A DNA stretch of 64,000 bases from Isoptericola halotolerans. GTDB taxonomy: Bacteria; Actinomycetota; Actinomycetes; Actinomycetales; Cellulomonadaceae. Shown piece after piece: positions 8,389 to 19,283 of this stretch; within the stretch, counting starts at the first letter, position 1, and each line of letters starts with the position of its first letter. The stretch is from positions 124,001 to 188,000 of the forward strand of contig NZ_JABEZU010000002.1 of the NCBI RefSeq assembly GCF_013149785.1, given 5' to 3'. Position numbers and translations under genes: made by a program. The notes below the pieces were generated by a model. It was not told where the DNA came from. It saw nothing but the letters and a program-made list of their open reading frames with translations, and ran no database searches.

Positions 8389-9038
8389 GACCCGACCTGG
8401 TGCCCCTGCTGTGGGACGCGTTCGGTCAGACCCTGTACATGGTGCTCATCACCCTCGTGGTGGGCGGGTTCTTCGGGCTGCTGATCGGCCTCGGCCTGTA
8501 CCTGTCGAGGCCCGGCAACCTGCTGGCGAACCGTCCGGTGTTCGCCGTGCTCAACGTGGCCGTGAACATCGTGCGGCCGGTGCCCTTCCTGATCTTCCTG
8601 GTGGCGCTCGGGCCACTGACCCGCGCGGTCGTGGGGACGACGATCGGCATCGAGGCGTTCACGTTCGCGATGTGCATCATGGCGGCGTTCGTGTTCGCCC
8701 GGCTCGTGGAGCAGAACCTGGTCTCGATCGACCCGGGAGTCATCGAGGCGGCCCGCGCGATGGGCGCCTCCCCGCTGCGGATCGTGCGCACCGTCGTCGT
8801 GCCGGAGGCGCTGTCCCCGCTGATCCTGGGGTACACGTTCCTGTTCGTCGGGGTGCTCGACATGTCAGCGATCGCCGGGTACCTCGGTGCGGGCGGACTG
8901 GGTGACTTCGCGATCGTGTACGGCTACCGGCAGTACGACTGGGCCGTGACGGCGATCGTCGTGGTGATCATCATCGTCATCGTCCAGCTCGTGCAGTGGC
9001 TGGGGAACTCGCTGGCCAGGCGCGCGCTGCGGCGCTGA
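8385..9038 (+). CDS. metI: Methionine ABC transporter permease
   Basis: GVIEAARAMGA EAA loop, GAGGLGDFAI; ATGA overlap with metN. Confidence 0.93.
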   Translation: MRPDLVPLLWDAFGQTLYMVLITLVVGGFFGLLIGLGLYLSRPGNLLANRPVFAVLNVAVNIVRPVPFLIFLVALGPLTRAVVGTTIGIEAFTFAMCIMAAFVFARLVEQNLVSIDPGVIEAARAMGASPLRIVRTVVVPEALSPLILGYTFLFVGVLDMSAIAGYLGAGGLGDFAIVYGYRQYDWAVTAIVVVIIIVIVQLVQWLGNSLARRALRR

Positions 9039-9083
9039 TCCGGAAGGTTCCGCGGCGTGGCACGGCGCCGACGTCGTGGAGAC

Positions 9084-10049
9084 TCACGCTTGCCGTCGCG
9101 ATCCGTGAGGTTCCGCGGCGACGGCTCGCCGACGTCGCCGCGGGACGACCTGCCCGGCGAGCATCGCCAGCAGCGCCAGCCCGAACCCGACGAGCTGCCA
9201 GGGGGCCAGCGTCTGGCCGAGCGCCATGGCGCCGAGGACTGCCGCCGTCAGCGGGGACAGCAGCCCCAGGAACGCCACGGCGGGGACGGACAGCCGGCGG
9301 ACGCCCGAGAACCAGAGCGTGTACGCCACGAGCCCACCCACGATCCCGAGCCACAGGTACCCGCCCAGCGCAGGGCCGTCGATGCGCGCCGGGACTCCCT
9401 CGACCAGGGCCAGCGGGACCAGGGCGAGCCCGCCGGCGGTGAGCAGCCAGCCGGCGAACGCCATCGGGCCGACGCCGGGCGGTGGCCCCCACTTCTTGGT
9501 GAGCGTGACGCCGAGCGCCATGGCGGCCGCACCGCCGAGACCGGCCACGATGCCGACCGGGTCGAGGGCGGCGTCGGGCCCCAGGACGACGAACCCGACG
9601 CCCAGCACCCCGACGGTCCCCCAGGCGAGCCGCCATCGCGACCACCTCTCGCCCAGGACGACGACGGCGAGGACGGTGGCGACGAGCGGTGTCGCGGCCC
9701 CCAGGGTCGCCGCGACACCCCCGGGCAGCCGCTCGGCGGCGATGAAGAGCAGGGGGAAGAACGCCCCGATGTTGAGCACGCCGAGCACGGCGGCGCGCCA
9801 CCACCACGACCCGCGCGGCAGCGTGCGGGTCAGGGCGAGGGCGAGCAGCCCGGCGGGCAGGGCCCGCGCCGCCGCCGCGAAGAGGGGGTGCCCGGGCGGC
9901 AGCAGCTCGGTGGTCACGAGGTAGGTGGTGCCCCAGACGACGGGGGTGACGGCGGTCAGGGCCGTGGTGCGCCACCGCAGCGTGGCCGGGGCGGCCGTCG
10001 CGGGCAGGGGCGGCGTCGTCGTGCGCGGTGGCGGTGCGGTGGCGGTCAT
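9084..10049 (-). CDS. EamA/DMT family transporter (PecM-like)
   Basis: WGTTYLVTTELLP, RALPAG, LNIGAFF; about 10 TM helices; divergent from LysR. Confidence 0.88.
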   Translation of the reverse strand: MTATAPPPRTTTPPLPATAAPATLRWRTTALTAVTPVVWGTTYLVTTELLPPGHPLFAAAARALPAGLLALALTRTLPRGSWWWRAAVLGVLNIGAFFPLLFIAAERLPGGVAATLGAATPLVATVLAVVVLGERWSRWRLAWGTVGVLGVGFVVLGPDAALDPVGIVAGLGGAAAMALGVTLTKKWGPPPGVGPMAFAGWLLTAGGLALVPLALVEGVPARIDGPALGGYLWLGIVGGLVAYTLWFSGVRRLSVPAVAFLGLLSPLTAAVLGAMALGQTLAPWQLVGFGLALLAMLAGQVVPRRRRRAVAAEPHGSRRQA

Positions 10050-10107
10050 GGATCCACGGTGCTGCCAAGACGTGCCATGAGTCCAACACATGCTTGTCAC
10101 CGCTTCG

Positions 10108-10122
10108 ATCGTGAACCACGAT
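10108..10122. promoter_or_regulatory. LysR-type T-N11-A binding site
   Basis: ATCGTG-AAC-CACGAT inverted repeat between the divergent EamA and LysR genes. Confidence 0.65.
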
Positions 10123-10128
10123 AGATCG

Positions 10129-11010
10129 ATGGAGCTGCAGCAGATGCGCTACGTGGTCGCCGTCGCGGAGACGGGGAGCTTCACCCGGGCCGCCGAGCGG
10201 TGCTTCGTCGTGCAGTCGGCGCTGAGCCACCAGGTCGCGGCGCTCGAGCGGGAGCTCGGCGTCCGGCTGTTCGCCCGCACCAGCCGGCGGGTGGAGATCA
10301 CCGCCGCGGGGGAGGCCTTCCTGGTCTCGGCGCGGGCCGCGCTGGATGCTGCGGAGCGGGCCGGTGTCGACGCGGCCGCGGCGGCCGGCCTGGTGCGGGG
10401 CACCCTGCGGCTGGGCATCATCCCCACGGTGACGGCGTTCGACGTGCCGACCGCGCTGCGGAGGTTCCGGTCCGTCCACCCGCAGGTCACCGTGTCGCTC
10501 CGCGTCGACGCCAGCGACGCGCTCATGGCGGCCCTTCGGGCGGGCGAGGCCGACGTCGCGGTGCTCGGCCTGCCCGACGAGGTCCCGCCGTCGGGCGTCG
10601 CCCACCGCGAGCTGGTCCGGGAGCGGCTGGTGGCCGCCGTCGGGTCGGGCCACCCGCTCGCCGGGCGGTCGCGGATCGACCTCGCGGTGCTCGCGGACGA
10701 GCAGTTCGCCGACTTCCCGTCCGGGTCACCCGGGCGGGCGCAGAGCGACCGGGCGTTCGCGGCAGCGGGACTGCAGCGCGAGGTCGCCTTCGAGGCGCCG
10801 TCGAGCGACCTCCTGCTCGGTCTCGTCCGGGAAGGTCTCGCGGTCGCCATGCTGCCGGAGCCGCTGGTCGCAGGGGCCGACGGCGTGACCGCGCTGCAGG
10901 TGACGCGCGGTCCGGCACGCGTCCAGCACCTCGCGTGGAGCGACCTCAACCCGAGCCCGGCAGCCCTGGCGTTCCTCGACCTGGTTGACGTCAGCTCGGC
11001 GAGCTCCTGA
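10129..11010 (+). CDS. LysR family transcriptional regulator
   Basis: MELQQMRYVVAVAETGSFTRAAERCFVVQSALSHQVAALE HTH. Confidence 0.95.
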   Translation: MELQQMRYVVAVAETGSFTRAAERCFVVQSALSHQVAALERELGVRLFARTSRRVEITAAGEAFLVSARAALDAAERAGVDAAAAAGLVRGTLRLGIIPTVTAFDVPTALRRFRSVHPQVTVSLRVDASDALMAALRAGEADVAVLGLPDEVPPSGVAHRELVRERLVAAVGSGHPLAGRSRIDLAVLADEQFADFPSGSPGRAQSDRAFAAAGLQREVAFEAPSSDLLLGLVREGLAVAMLPEPLVAGADGVTALQVTRGPARVQHLAWSDLNPSPAALAFLDLVDVSSASS

Positions 11011-11015
11011 AGGCC

Positions 11016-11891
11016 CTATCCCCGCCCCTGGGTGGCGGTGATGCTGACCGCGTTCGCCCAGGGGTCCTCGACGCTGACCGTCCGGCCGTCGTCGCGGACC
11101 GGGACGCGGTGGTGCCGCATGCGGTCGACCATCTCGGCGACGTCGTCGGCCGTGGGCACCTCGATGTCCACCCGGCCGAGCCCGAGGGTCTGCTGGCGCG
11201 GGCCTGCGCCGCGGCTCCTCCACACGTTCATCGCCATGTGGTGGTGGTAGCCGCCGGCGCTGACGAACACGGCCTCGTCGCCCACCGTCATCGTCACGTC
11301 GAAGCCCAGCCGGGTGGCGTAGAAGTCGCGGGCCGTCGCCACGTCGCCGACCGACAGGTGCACGTGCCCCACCCGGGCGTCGCCGACCGGCTCGCCGGCG
11401 AGGCCGTCGGCATCGAGGTGCTCGCGCAGGTACGCGTTCGGGTCCAGGAGCATCACCCCCATCTCGACCTGCCCGTGCGTCCAGCTCCACTGCGTCCGGT
11501 CGCGGTCCCAGTAGAGCTCGACGCCGTTTCCCTCGGGGTCGTCGAAGTAGAACGCCTTGCTGACCAGGTGGTCGGCGGACCCGGTGAACGAGCCCGGGCG
11601 CCGCCGCGCGACCGAGCTCACCGCCGCAGCGAGCGCCGCCTCCGTGTCGAAGAGGATCGCGGTGTGGAAGAGCCCCGCCTGGTGGGGGGAGGCGTGCCGG
11701 AGCTCGGGGGTGTGCGCCAGGACGACGACGGCACGGTCACCCCGGCCGAGCGTCACCACGGGCCCGGCCTGGTCCATCACGGTCAGGCCCACCCCGTCGC
11801 GGTAGTAGGCGGTCATGGCGTCCAGGTCCGCGACGTTGAGGGTGACGGCGCCCATGGCCGTGTCGGCCGCGAGGAGTGGTCGTGTGCTCAT
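11016..11891 (-). CDS. VOC/glyoxalase family protein (CatE-like catechol dioxygenase fold)
   Basis: GLFHTAIL, ADHLVSKAFYFDDPEGNGVELY, GHVHLSV, GGYHHH; GGAGG RBS. Confidence 0.88.
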   Translation of the reverse strand: MSTRPLLAADTAMGAVTLNVADLDAMTAYYRDGVGLTVMDQAGPVVTLGRGDRAVVVLAHTPELRHASPHQAGLFHTAILFDTEAALAAAVSSVARRRPGSFTGSADHLVSKAFYFDDPEGNGVELYWDRDRTQWSWTHGQVEMGVMLLDPNAYLREHLDADGLAGEPVGDARVGHVHLSVGDVATARDFYATRLGFDVTMTVGDEAVFVSAGGYHHHMAMNVWRSRGAGPRQQTLGLGRVDIEVPTADDVAEMVDRMRHHRVPVRDDGRTVSVEDPWANAVSITATQGRG

Positions 11892-11905
11892 GGCCTCCAC
11901 AACTG

Positions 11906-11921
11906 ACTTGAACTTTCAACT
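11906..11921. promoter_or_regulatory. Palindromic operator (MarR-like) upstream of the VOC gene
   Basis: ACTTGAACTTTCAACT, an AT-rich TTGAA-N2-TTCAA inverted repeat in a GC-rich background. Confidence 0.6.
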
Positions 11922-12044
11922 ATTCCGCCGGTTCGAGGGCCGCCCGCCCGGTGCCGGGCGTAGTGTCGGCCTCGAGCGCGGCCGACCCGGTCCCTGACGG
12001 CGGGACCGGCGGCTTGCCGGGCTCTCACGGATCGAGGGCGGGGC

Positions 12045-12599
12045 ATGGACATCACGGTGATCGGTCGAGGCAGCATCGGCGGCGGGCTCGCCGACCTCTG
12101 GGAGCAGGCGGGGCATCAGGTGGTGCGACTGGGGCGGGGTGGCGGAGACGCCGGGCACGCCGATGCGGTCCTCCTGGCCGTGCCGGGCGACGTCGTGGCG
12201 GACGCGCTGTCGTCGGTCGCCGGGCTTGCGGGCCGGACGGTGCTCGATGCGACGAACCTCTACGGCGGCAGCCGGCCCCCACGGGGGGCGTCCTCCAACG
12301 CCGAGTTCGTCCGGACCGTGACGGGCGGGCCGACGGCCAAGGCGTTCAGCACCAACTTCGCCTCGCTGTTCGGGCGCGTCGCCGGCGCGCGTGCCCGGCC
12401 GAGCAACCTGTGGGCCGGCGACGACGCCGCCGCCGAGGTCGTCGAGCGGCTCAGTCTCGACGCCGGCTACGAGGCCGTCCGGCTCGGCGACCTCGGCATG
12501 GCCGCCACGCAGGAGGCCCTGGCCGGCCCCCTGTTCTCGATCATGCAGTCGGGCCTCGGCCCGTTCGTCTACCGGATGGCGCCACCCGAGGAGCTCTGA
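12045..12599 (+). CDS. Dinucleotide-binding oxidoreductase (F420-dependent NADP reductase-like, short)
   Basis: ITVIGRGSIGGGLA Rossmann motif; DATN and KAFSTNF. Confidence 0.8.
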   Translation: MDITVIGRGSIGGGLADLWEQAGHQVVRLGRGGGDAGHADAVLLAVPGDVVADALSSVAGLAGRTVLDATNLYGGSRPPRGASSNAEFVRTVTGGPTAKAFSTNFASLFGRVAGARARPSNLWAGDDAAAEVVERLSLDAGYEAVRLGDLGMAATQEALAGPLFSIMQSGLGPFVYRMAPPEEL

Positions 12600-12610
12600 G
12601 ACCCGGCGGC

Positions 12611-13090
12611 TCAGTGTCCGTCGTCGAGACGCAGGTGGCGGCGCATCGCGGCCGCAGCGTCGCGCAGGTGGTCGAGCTGCTCGGGGGTGAGCGCGTCGAC
12701 GAAGACCTCCTTGACCGCGCGAAGGTGCGGCAGGGTGCTGGCGTGGAAGGCCCGGTCGCCCGAGTCGGTGAGCACGACCCGCGAGCCGCGGGCGTCCTCC
12801 GCGCACGGTTCGCGCCGCACCAGGCCCCGCCGCTCCATGCGGCCGAGGTGACCGGACAGGCGGCTGCGTTCCCACTCGATGTGCGCGGCGAGCTCGGAGG
12901 ACCGCATCGCCCGGCCGTCCGCCTCGCTCAGCGCGAGGAGCACCCGGTAGTCCCCGCCGGAGAGTCCCGAGTCCTCGTGCAGCCGGGCCTCGATGCGGGC
13001 GCGGACGATCTCGGAGGTCTCGATGAACGCCCGCCAGGCCGCGAGCTCCTCGTGCGTGGGGACCGGTCGACGACGACGGGAATTTTCCAT
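12611..13090 (-). CDS. MarR family transcriptional regulator
   Basis: DYRVLLALSE, SSELAAHIEWERSRLSGHLGRMERRGLVRR...DARG; GGAGG RBS before ATG 13090. Confidence 0.92.
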   Translation of the reverse strand: MENSRRRRPVPTHEELAAWRAFIETSEIVRARIEARLHEDSGLSGGDYRVLLALSEADGRAMRSSELAAHIEWERSRLSGHLGRMERRGLVRREPCAEDARGSRVVLTDSGDRAFHASTLPHLRAVKEVFVDALTPEQLDHLRDAAAAMRRHLRLDDGH

Positions 13091-13105
13091 GGACCCTCCT
13101 CGGTT

Positions 13106-13119
13106 GTTGACATGTGAAT
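13106..13119. promoter_or_regulatory. Candidate MarR operator between marR and the LLM gene
   Basis: GTTGACATGTGAAT, a near-palindrome of TTGACATGTCAA type. Confidence 0.65.
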
Positions 13120-13163
13120 CATACGCGCCTCGGCGCGACCTCACCGAGAAGGAGTGGCAGACC

Positions 13164-14234
13164 ATGGACGTCTCGCAGATCGAGTTCGGCATCGACAGCT
13201 TCGGGGACCGGCCGCGGGACGACCGGGGCGAGATCGTCTCGCACGCCGAGGCGATCCGTGCGGCGGTGGCCGAGGCCGTCCTCGCCGACCAGGTCGGCAT
13301 CGACGTGGTCGCTCTCGGGGAGCACCACCGGCCGGAGTACGCGATCTCCAGCCCGGAGACCGTGCTGGCCGGTATCGCGACCGCCACCCAGCGCATCCGG
13401 CTGGCCTCCGGGGTCACGGTGCTGTCCTCGGACGACCCGGTGCGTGTGTTCCAGCGGTTCGCCACCGTGGACGCGCTGTCCCACGGTCGCGCCGAGGTGA
13501 TCCTCGGCCGGGGCTCGTTCACCGAGTCCTTCCCGCTGTTCGGCTACGACCTGAAGGACTACGACGTCCTGTTCGAGGAGAAGATCAACCTCTTCAACCG
13601 GCTCCTGGACGAGCAGCCGGTCACCTGGGAGGGAACCACCCGACCGGCCCTGCACGAGGCCGACGTCTTCCCGAAGACCGAGTCGGGCCGGCTCCAGACG
13701 TGGGTGGGCGTCGGCGGGACACCGCAGTCGGTGCTCCGCACCGCCACCTACGGGTTCCGGCTCATGCTCGCGATCATCGGCGGAGCCCCGGACCGCTTCG
13801 CCCCCTACGTCGACCTGTACCGGCGCGCCCACGAGCAGCTCGGCACCAGCCCGCAGCCGGTCGGGATGCACTCGCCCGGCTTCGTCGCCGAGACCGACGA
13901 GGAGGCCAAGGAGCTGTTCTACCCCGGGTACCGGGAGATCCGCGACCGGATCGGTGCGCTGCGCGGATGGCCGCCGCTGCGCAGGGCGGAGTTCGACGAC
14001 GAGGTGGACGGCGGATCGCTGTACGTCGGGTCGGTCGAGACGGTCGCGGCCAAGATCGCCCACGCGGTCCGGGCGCTCGACGCGGGACGGTTCGACATGA
14101 TCTACTCCGCCGCCGGCACCGTGTCCGCCACCGCGCGGCTGCGCTCGGTCGAGCTCTACGGCACGCAGGTCATCCCGCGCGTCCGCGAGCTCCTGGCCGA
14201 GACCCCGGTCGTCGCCGCGGGAGCGTCACGATGA
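13164..14234 (+). CDS. LLM-class (luciferase-like) flavin-dependent oxidoreductase
   Basis: [55 protein letters not shown]. Confidence 0.92.
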   Translation: MDVSQIEFGIDSFGDRPRDDRGEIVSHAEAIRAAVAEAVLADQVGIDVVALGEHHRPEYAISSPETVLAGIATATQRIRLASGVTVLSSDDPVRVFQRFATVDALSHGRAEVILGRGSFTESFPLFGYDLKDYDVLFEEKINLFNRLLDEQPVTWEGTTRPALHEADVFPKTESGRLQTWVGVGGTPQSVLRTATYGFRLMLAIIGGAPDRFAPYVDLYRRAHEQLGTSPQPVGMHSPGFVAETDEEAKELFYPGYREIRDRIGALRGWPPLRRAEFDDEVDGGSLYVGSVETVAAKIAHAVRALDAGRFDMIYSAAGTVSATARLRSVELYGTQVIPRVRELLAETPVVAAGASR

Positions 14235-14923
14235 GCCCCGCCACCACGACGGTCGGGATCCTGGGCGCCGGGAAGGTGGGCACCGTCCTGGCCCGGTTGG
14301 CCGTGGCCGCAGGCTTCCGGGTCCTCATCTCCGGCTCCGGCGACCCCGAGAAGATCGCCCTCACCACGGAGGTCCTCACGCCGGGCGCCCGGCCGGTCTG
14401 GTCCGCCGAGGCCGCAGCGGCCGCGGACGTCGTCGTGCTCGCCCTGCCGCTCAGCAAGTACCGCGACATCCCGGCACAGGAGCTGGAGGGCAGGCTGGTC
14501 GTCGACGCGATGAACCACTGGTGGGAGATCGACGGCCCTCGGGACGCGGTCGTGCCACCCGGACTCTCCTCCAGCGAGCTCGTCCAGCAGTTCCTGACGG
14601 GTGCGCGGGTGGTCAAGGCGTTCAACCACATGGGCTACCACGACCTGGAGGACGGGGCCCGACCCGCGGGGCCGGGGCGCAAGGCGATCGCCGTCGCCGG
14701 CGACGTGCCGGCAGACCTCACCGCCGTGTCGGAGCTGGTCGACGCCCTCGGGTTCGACGCGCTCGCCATCGGCGGCCTCGCAGCGGGTGCCCGGCTCGAA
14801 CCGGGCACACCCGCCTTCGGGGCGAACGTCGACGTCGAGGACCTCCGCGCCCTCACCAGCAGCCCGGTGCTCGTCGCGACGGCCGACGAGCCGCGGGAGC
14901 CGGAGGCCGCGACGTCCGGTTGA
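14231..14923 (+). CDS. NADPH-dependent F420 reductase-like oxidoreductase
   Basis: [37 protein letters not shown]-coupled to the LLM gene. Confidence 0.88.
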   Translation: MSPATTTVGILGAGKVGTVLARLAVAAGFRVLISGSGDPEKIALTTEVLTPGARPVWSAEAAAAADVVVLALPLSKYRDIPAQELEGRLVVDAMNHWWEIDGPRDAVVPPGLSSSELVQQFLTGARVVKAFNHMGYHDLEDGARPAGPGRKAIAVAGDVPADLTAVSELVDALGFDALAIGGLAAGARLEPGTPAFGANVDVEDLRALTSSPVLVATADEPREPEAATSG

Positions 14924-14950
14924 CCGTGTCCCCACCACACGGTGTCCACT
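14920..14950 (+). promoter_or_regulatory. MerR-type promoter/operator copy 1 (upstream of GNAT)
   Basis: TTGACCGTGT-CCCCACC-ACACGG-TG-TCCACT; 19-bp spacer with a dyad. Confidence 0.8.
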
Positions 14951-15042
14951 GGGCGCGCGGCCGACGGTGACGCACTCACGGTGCGGCACCAGGTCCGTGC
15001 CGGAGCACACCGCGGGGAGCGCGCCGAGGAGAGGGCTGTCGC

Positions 15043-15435
15043 ATGACTGAAGCACTGACGGACACGACGGGCACGAGGGTCGCCGTCGGGGTCGAGCTCG
15101 CCGACCCCGTCAGCGCCTACACGATCACGGTCGACGACGGACCTGTCGTCGGCAGGGCGGAGTTCGTCGACAACCCGAAGGCGGAGGGTGAGCGCATCAT
15201 CTTCCACACCGAGGTGGACCAGGACTTCGCCGGACGAGGCCTGGCCAAGATCCTGCTGGAGGAGGCGCTCGCGGACAGCATCCGCCGCGGCCTCACGATC
15301 GTGCCCGTGTGCCCCCTCTTCGCGCGCCACCTCACCCGGCGCGGCGACGAGTTCGTCGCCGCGGGCGGGATGTTCCGCTCGCCGACGCGCGCGGACCTGT
15401 CAGCGGTGACCGTGGCCGTCAGGCACCGGCCATGA
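15043..15435 (+). CDS. GNAT acetyltransferase (YjdJ / Acetyltransf_CG type)
   Basis: IFHTEVDQDFAGRGLA...IVPVCP motif. Confidence 0.88.
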   Translation: MTEALTDTTGTRVAVGVELADPVSAYTITVDDGPVVGRAEFVDNPKAEGERIIFHTEVDQDFAGRGLAKILLEEALADSIRRGLTIVPVCPLFARHLTRRGDEFVAAGGMFRSPTRADLSAVTVAVRHRP

Positions 15436-15522
15436 GCGGCTCCTCGCTCTGCACGACGCCGTGCGGCGGCATAGCGTGACCTCGGACGCTGCGCGGGATC
15501 GCGCGGACGGGGAGGAGAGCAC

Positions 15523-16854
15523 ATGCGGTCGATGATCCCCGACTACCTGGACGGTGCGCTGTCCGACGTCGTGGCGGACGACTCCGGCGCGACGGCCGCC
15601 TACATCCCCGAGCTCGCGGCGGCGGACCCCGACCGCCTCGGCGCGGCCTTCGCCACGATCGACGGCCAGGTCTACGGTGCGGGCGACGTCGAGGTGGAGT
15701 TCACCATCCAGTCGATCTCCAAGCCGTTCGCGTACGCGTTGGCGCTGTCCGACCGTGGGTTCGGGCCCGTGCTGGCCAAGGTCGGGGTCGAACCGTCCGG
15801 CGAGGCGTTCAACGAGATCTCCCTGGAGGACGAGACCGGACGTCCGCTCAACCCGATGATCAACGCCGGCGCCATGACGACGCACTCGCTCACCGGCCCG
15901 GACGGCGCCGACCCCGCCCGTCGGGTGGAGCGCGTGATCGACGGCCTGTCAGCCTTCGCGGGCCGCCGGCTGCGGGTCGACGAGGCGACGTGCGCCTCGG
16001 AGATGGAGCACGCGCACCGGAACCTGGCGATCGCGCACATGCTGCGCAGCCACGAGATCCTCACGGAGGACCCTCGGGGCGTGGTGGACGGCTACCTCCG
16101 CCAGTGCTCGGTGCTCGTCACGGCACGGGACCTGGCCATGATGGCCGCCACGCTGGCCAACCGAGGCGTCAACCCGCTCTCCGGTCGGCGGGTGGTCGGC
16201 GAGCGGGTGGTCCGGCAGGTGCTGAGCGTCATGGCCACCTGCGGGATGTACGACGCCGCGGGCGACTGGGCCACGCAGGTCGGCATCCCCGCCAAGAGCG
16301 GCGTCGCCGGCGGGCTCATCGGTGCGCTGCCGGGCCAGCTCGGGATCGCGACGTTCTCGCCCCGGCTGGACGGGCACGGCAACAGCGTCCGGGGCGTGTC
16401 GCTGTTCGAGCGGTTCACCTCGGACATGGGGCTGCACCTGATGGAGGTGCCGCCCGCCGCTCGTGCGGTCGTGCGGTCGAACCGTGCCCGCGGCAGCGCG
16501 GGCGACGCGGTCCGGGTCCTGCGGCTGCAGGGCGGTATCCGCTTCGCCGGGGCGGAACGGTTCGTCCGCGAGGTCATCGACAGCCCGCCGGCCGAGCCGC
16601 GCGTCGTCGTCGACGTCTCCGAGGTCTACTCGATCGACGACGTGTCGCGCCGGATGCTCCTCGAGCTCGTGCGCCGGCTCACCCTGGACGGCCACGACGT
16701 GTACCTCGTCGACCCGGAGGCGGTCGTCCCCGACCCGGATCCGGGGGAGGGCGGCCGGGTCACGGTCGTCGACGACATCGACGAGGTCCCGGTGGTCCGG
16801 GGCGAGGCCGGCGCACGCGACGTCGCGCTCGCCGGTCGGGCGGACGACGCATGA
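15523..16854 (+). CDS. glsA: Glutaminase with C-terminal STAS-like domain
   Basis: YIPELA, FTIQSISKPF, VGVEPSGEAFN, NPMINAGA, CGMYD, PAKSGVAGG, GNSVRG; C-terminal LQGGIRFAGAE (STAS-like). Confidence 0.92.
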   Translation: MRSMIPDYLDGALSDVVADDSGATAAYIPELAAADPDRLGAAFATIDGQVYGAGDVEVEFTIQSISKPFAYALALSDRGFGPVLAKVGVEPSGEAFNEISLEDETGRPLNPMINAGAMTTHSLTGPDGADPARRVERVIDGLSAFAGRRLRVDEATCASEMEHAHRNLAIAHMLRSHEILTEDPRGVVDGYLRQCSVLVTARDLAMMAATLANRGVNPLSGRRVVGERVVRQVLSVMATCGMYDAAGDWATQVGIPAKSGVAGGLIGALPGQLGIATFSPRLDGHGNSVRGVSLFERFTSDMGLHLMEVPPAARAVVRSNRARGSAGDAVRVLRLQGGIRFAGAERFVREVIDSPPAEPRVVVDVSEVYSIDDVSRRMLLELVRRLTLDGHDVYLVDPEAVVPDPDPGEGGRVTVVDDIDEVPVVRGEAGARDVALAGRADDA

Positions 16855-18230
16855 GCGCCGAGGCGAAGCCCCGGGCGCGTTCCTCGGACCGCGTCAGCGC
16901 GACGGCGCAGGACGGCCGTGACGCACGCCGGCGGGCGCCGCGTCGGCGGGCGGCCGACTGGGACCCGCGCGTGCGGGTCGCGCGGCCCCTCGACCGTCTG
17001 CGCGCCCAGGAGGCGGTCCGCGACCCGCAGCTCCTGCCGCTGCGGTACGCGCGGATGGCGTCGTCCCCGTGGGCCTACCTGCGCGGCGCCGCCGCCGTGA
17101 TGGCCGCCGACCTCGCGGCCGTGCCCCACTCAGGGCTCGACGTCCAGATGTGCGGTGACGCGCACGTGCTGAACTTCGGCTTCTGGGCGTCGCCGGAGCG
17201 GCAGCTGCTGTTCGACGCGCGCGACTTCGACGAGACCCTCCCGGGTCCGTTCGAGTGGGACCTCAAGCGCCTGGTGACCAGCGTCCACGTTCTCGCGGCC
17301 TCCGAAGGGCTCGTCGCGGGGTGCGGCGAGAGCTCGGCCGCTGCTGCGGTCGAGGGATACCGCACGGCGATGCGGCGGTACGCCACCATGGGGGAGCTGG
17401 ACGTCTGGTACGACCGTATCCCGCCCGACGTGCCGCTCAAGCGGCTGTCCTCGCAGCACGCCGAGGCCGCCGTGCGCCTCATCGAGAAGCAGTCCAGGAA
17501 GCGCACCCATCACGGCGCGGCCAAGCAGCTCGCGACCGAGGAGGGCGGGCGGCGGCGCATCGTCCGGGACCCGCTGAAGCGGGTGGACGACGGACTGAGC
17601 CAGGAGCAGCAGGTCGCCGCCTACGAGCAGCTCTACGACACGTACCTCGCCTCCATCCCGCCCCACCTGCGCCGCCTCGTCAGCCGCTTCACCCGGGTCG
17701 ACTCCGTCCGCCAGGTCGTCGGCGTGGGCAGCGTCGGGATGCGCGTCTGGCTGCACCTGCTGGAGGGAGACAGCGGGCAGCAGCCGTTGTTCTCCCAGGT
17801 GAAGCAGGCCACGGCGTCGGTGTACGAGGAGTTCCTCGGTCCGAGCGAGTTCTCGAACCACGGCGAACGCGTGGTCGTCGGCCAACGTCTCATGCAGACC
17901 GCCAGCGACATCTTCCTCGGCCACCTGCGCGTCGACGGCTTCGACTACTACGTGCGGCAGTTCCGCGACATGAAGATCATCCCGCGCGGGGACCAGATCG
18001 CGGGATACCTGCCCCAGTTCGCCTACGCCTGCGGGCACGCCCTGGCCAAGTCCCACGCCCGCAGCGGCGACCCGGCCGCCATCGCCGGCTACATGGGCCG
18101 GGGCGCCGCGTTCGCCGACGGGATCCTCGGGTTCGGACGAGCCTATGCCGAGCAGACGCACGCCGACCACGCCGAGCTGATGGCCGCCGTCGGGAGCGGA
18201 GAGGTGCACGCCGCCGAGCAGGCCTGGTGA
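16851..18230 (+). CDS. DUF2252 family protein (kinase-like fold)
   Basis: RYARMASSPWAYLRGAAAVMAADL, CGDAHVLNFG, DFDETLPGPFEWDLKRL, VVGVGSVG, YYVRQFRDMK. Confidence 0.88.
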   Translation: MSAEAKPRARSSDRVSATAQDGRDARRRAPRRRAADWDPRVRVARPLDRLRAQEAVRDPQLLPLRYARMASSPWAYLRGAAAVMAADLAAVPHSGLDVQMCGDAHVLNFGFWASPERQLLFDARDFDETLPGPFEWDLKRLVTSVHVLAASEGLVAGCGESSAAAAVEGYRTAMRRYATMGELDVWYDRIPPDVPLKRLSSQHAEAAVRLIEKQSRKRTHHGAAKQLATEEGGRRRIVRDPLKRVDDGLSQEQQVAAYEQLYDTYLASIPPHLRRLVSRFTRVDSVRQVVGVGSVGMRVWLHLLEGDSGQQPLFSQVKQATASVYEEFLGPSEFSNHGERVVVGQRLMQTASDIFLGHLRVDGFDYYVRQFRDMKIIPRGDQIAGYLPQFAYACGHALAKSHARSGDPAAIAGYMGRGAAFADGILGFGRAYAEQTHADHAELMAAVGSGEVHAAEQAW

Positions 18231-19181
<951 letters not shown>

Positions 19182-19283
19182 GACCACCCGGTGGAGGGTG
19201 GCCGGGCCACCGGCTGCCCTCCACCACCGGTCCCGCCTGTCGCGGGGACCGGCCCGTTGCTCGGCCGAGCGAGAGGAGCCGAC

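Noticed and set aside
9037..9142. Imperfect 21-bp direct repeat (9037, 9100) and hairpin at the metI/EamA convergence
   Set aside because: Only two degenerate copies; most simply a terminator region with a small local duplication.
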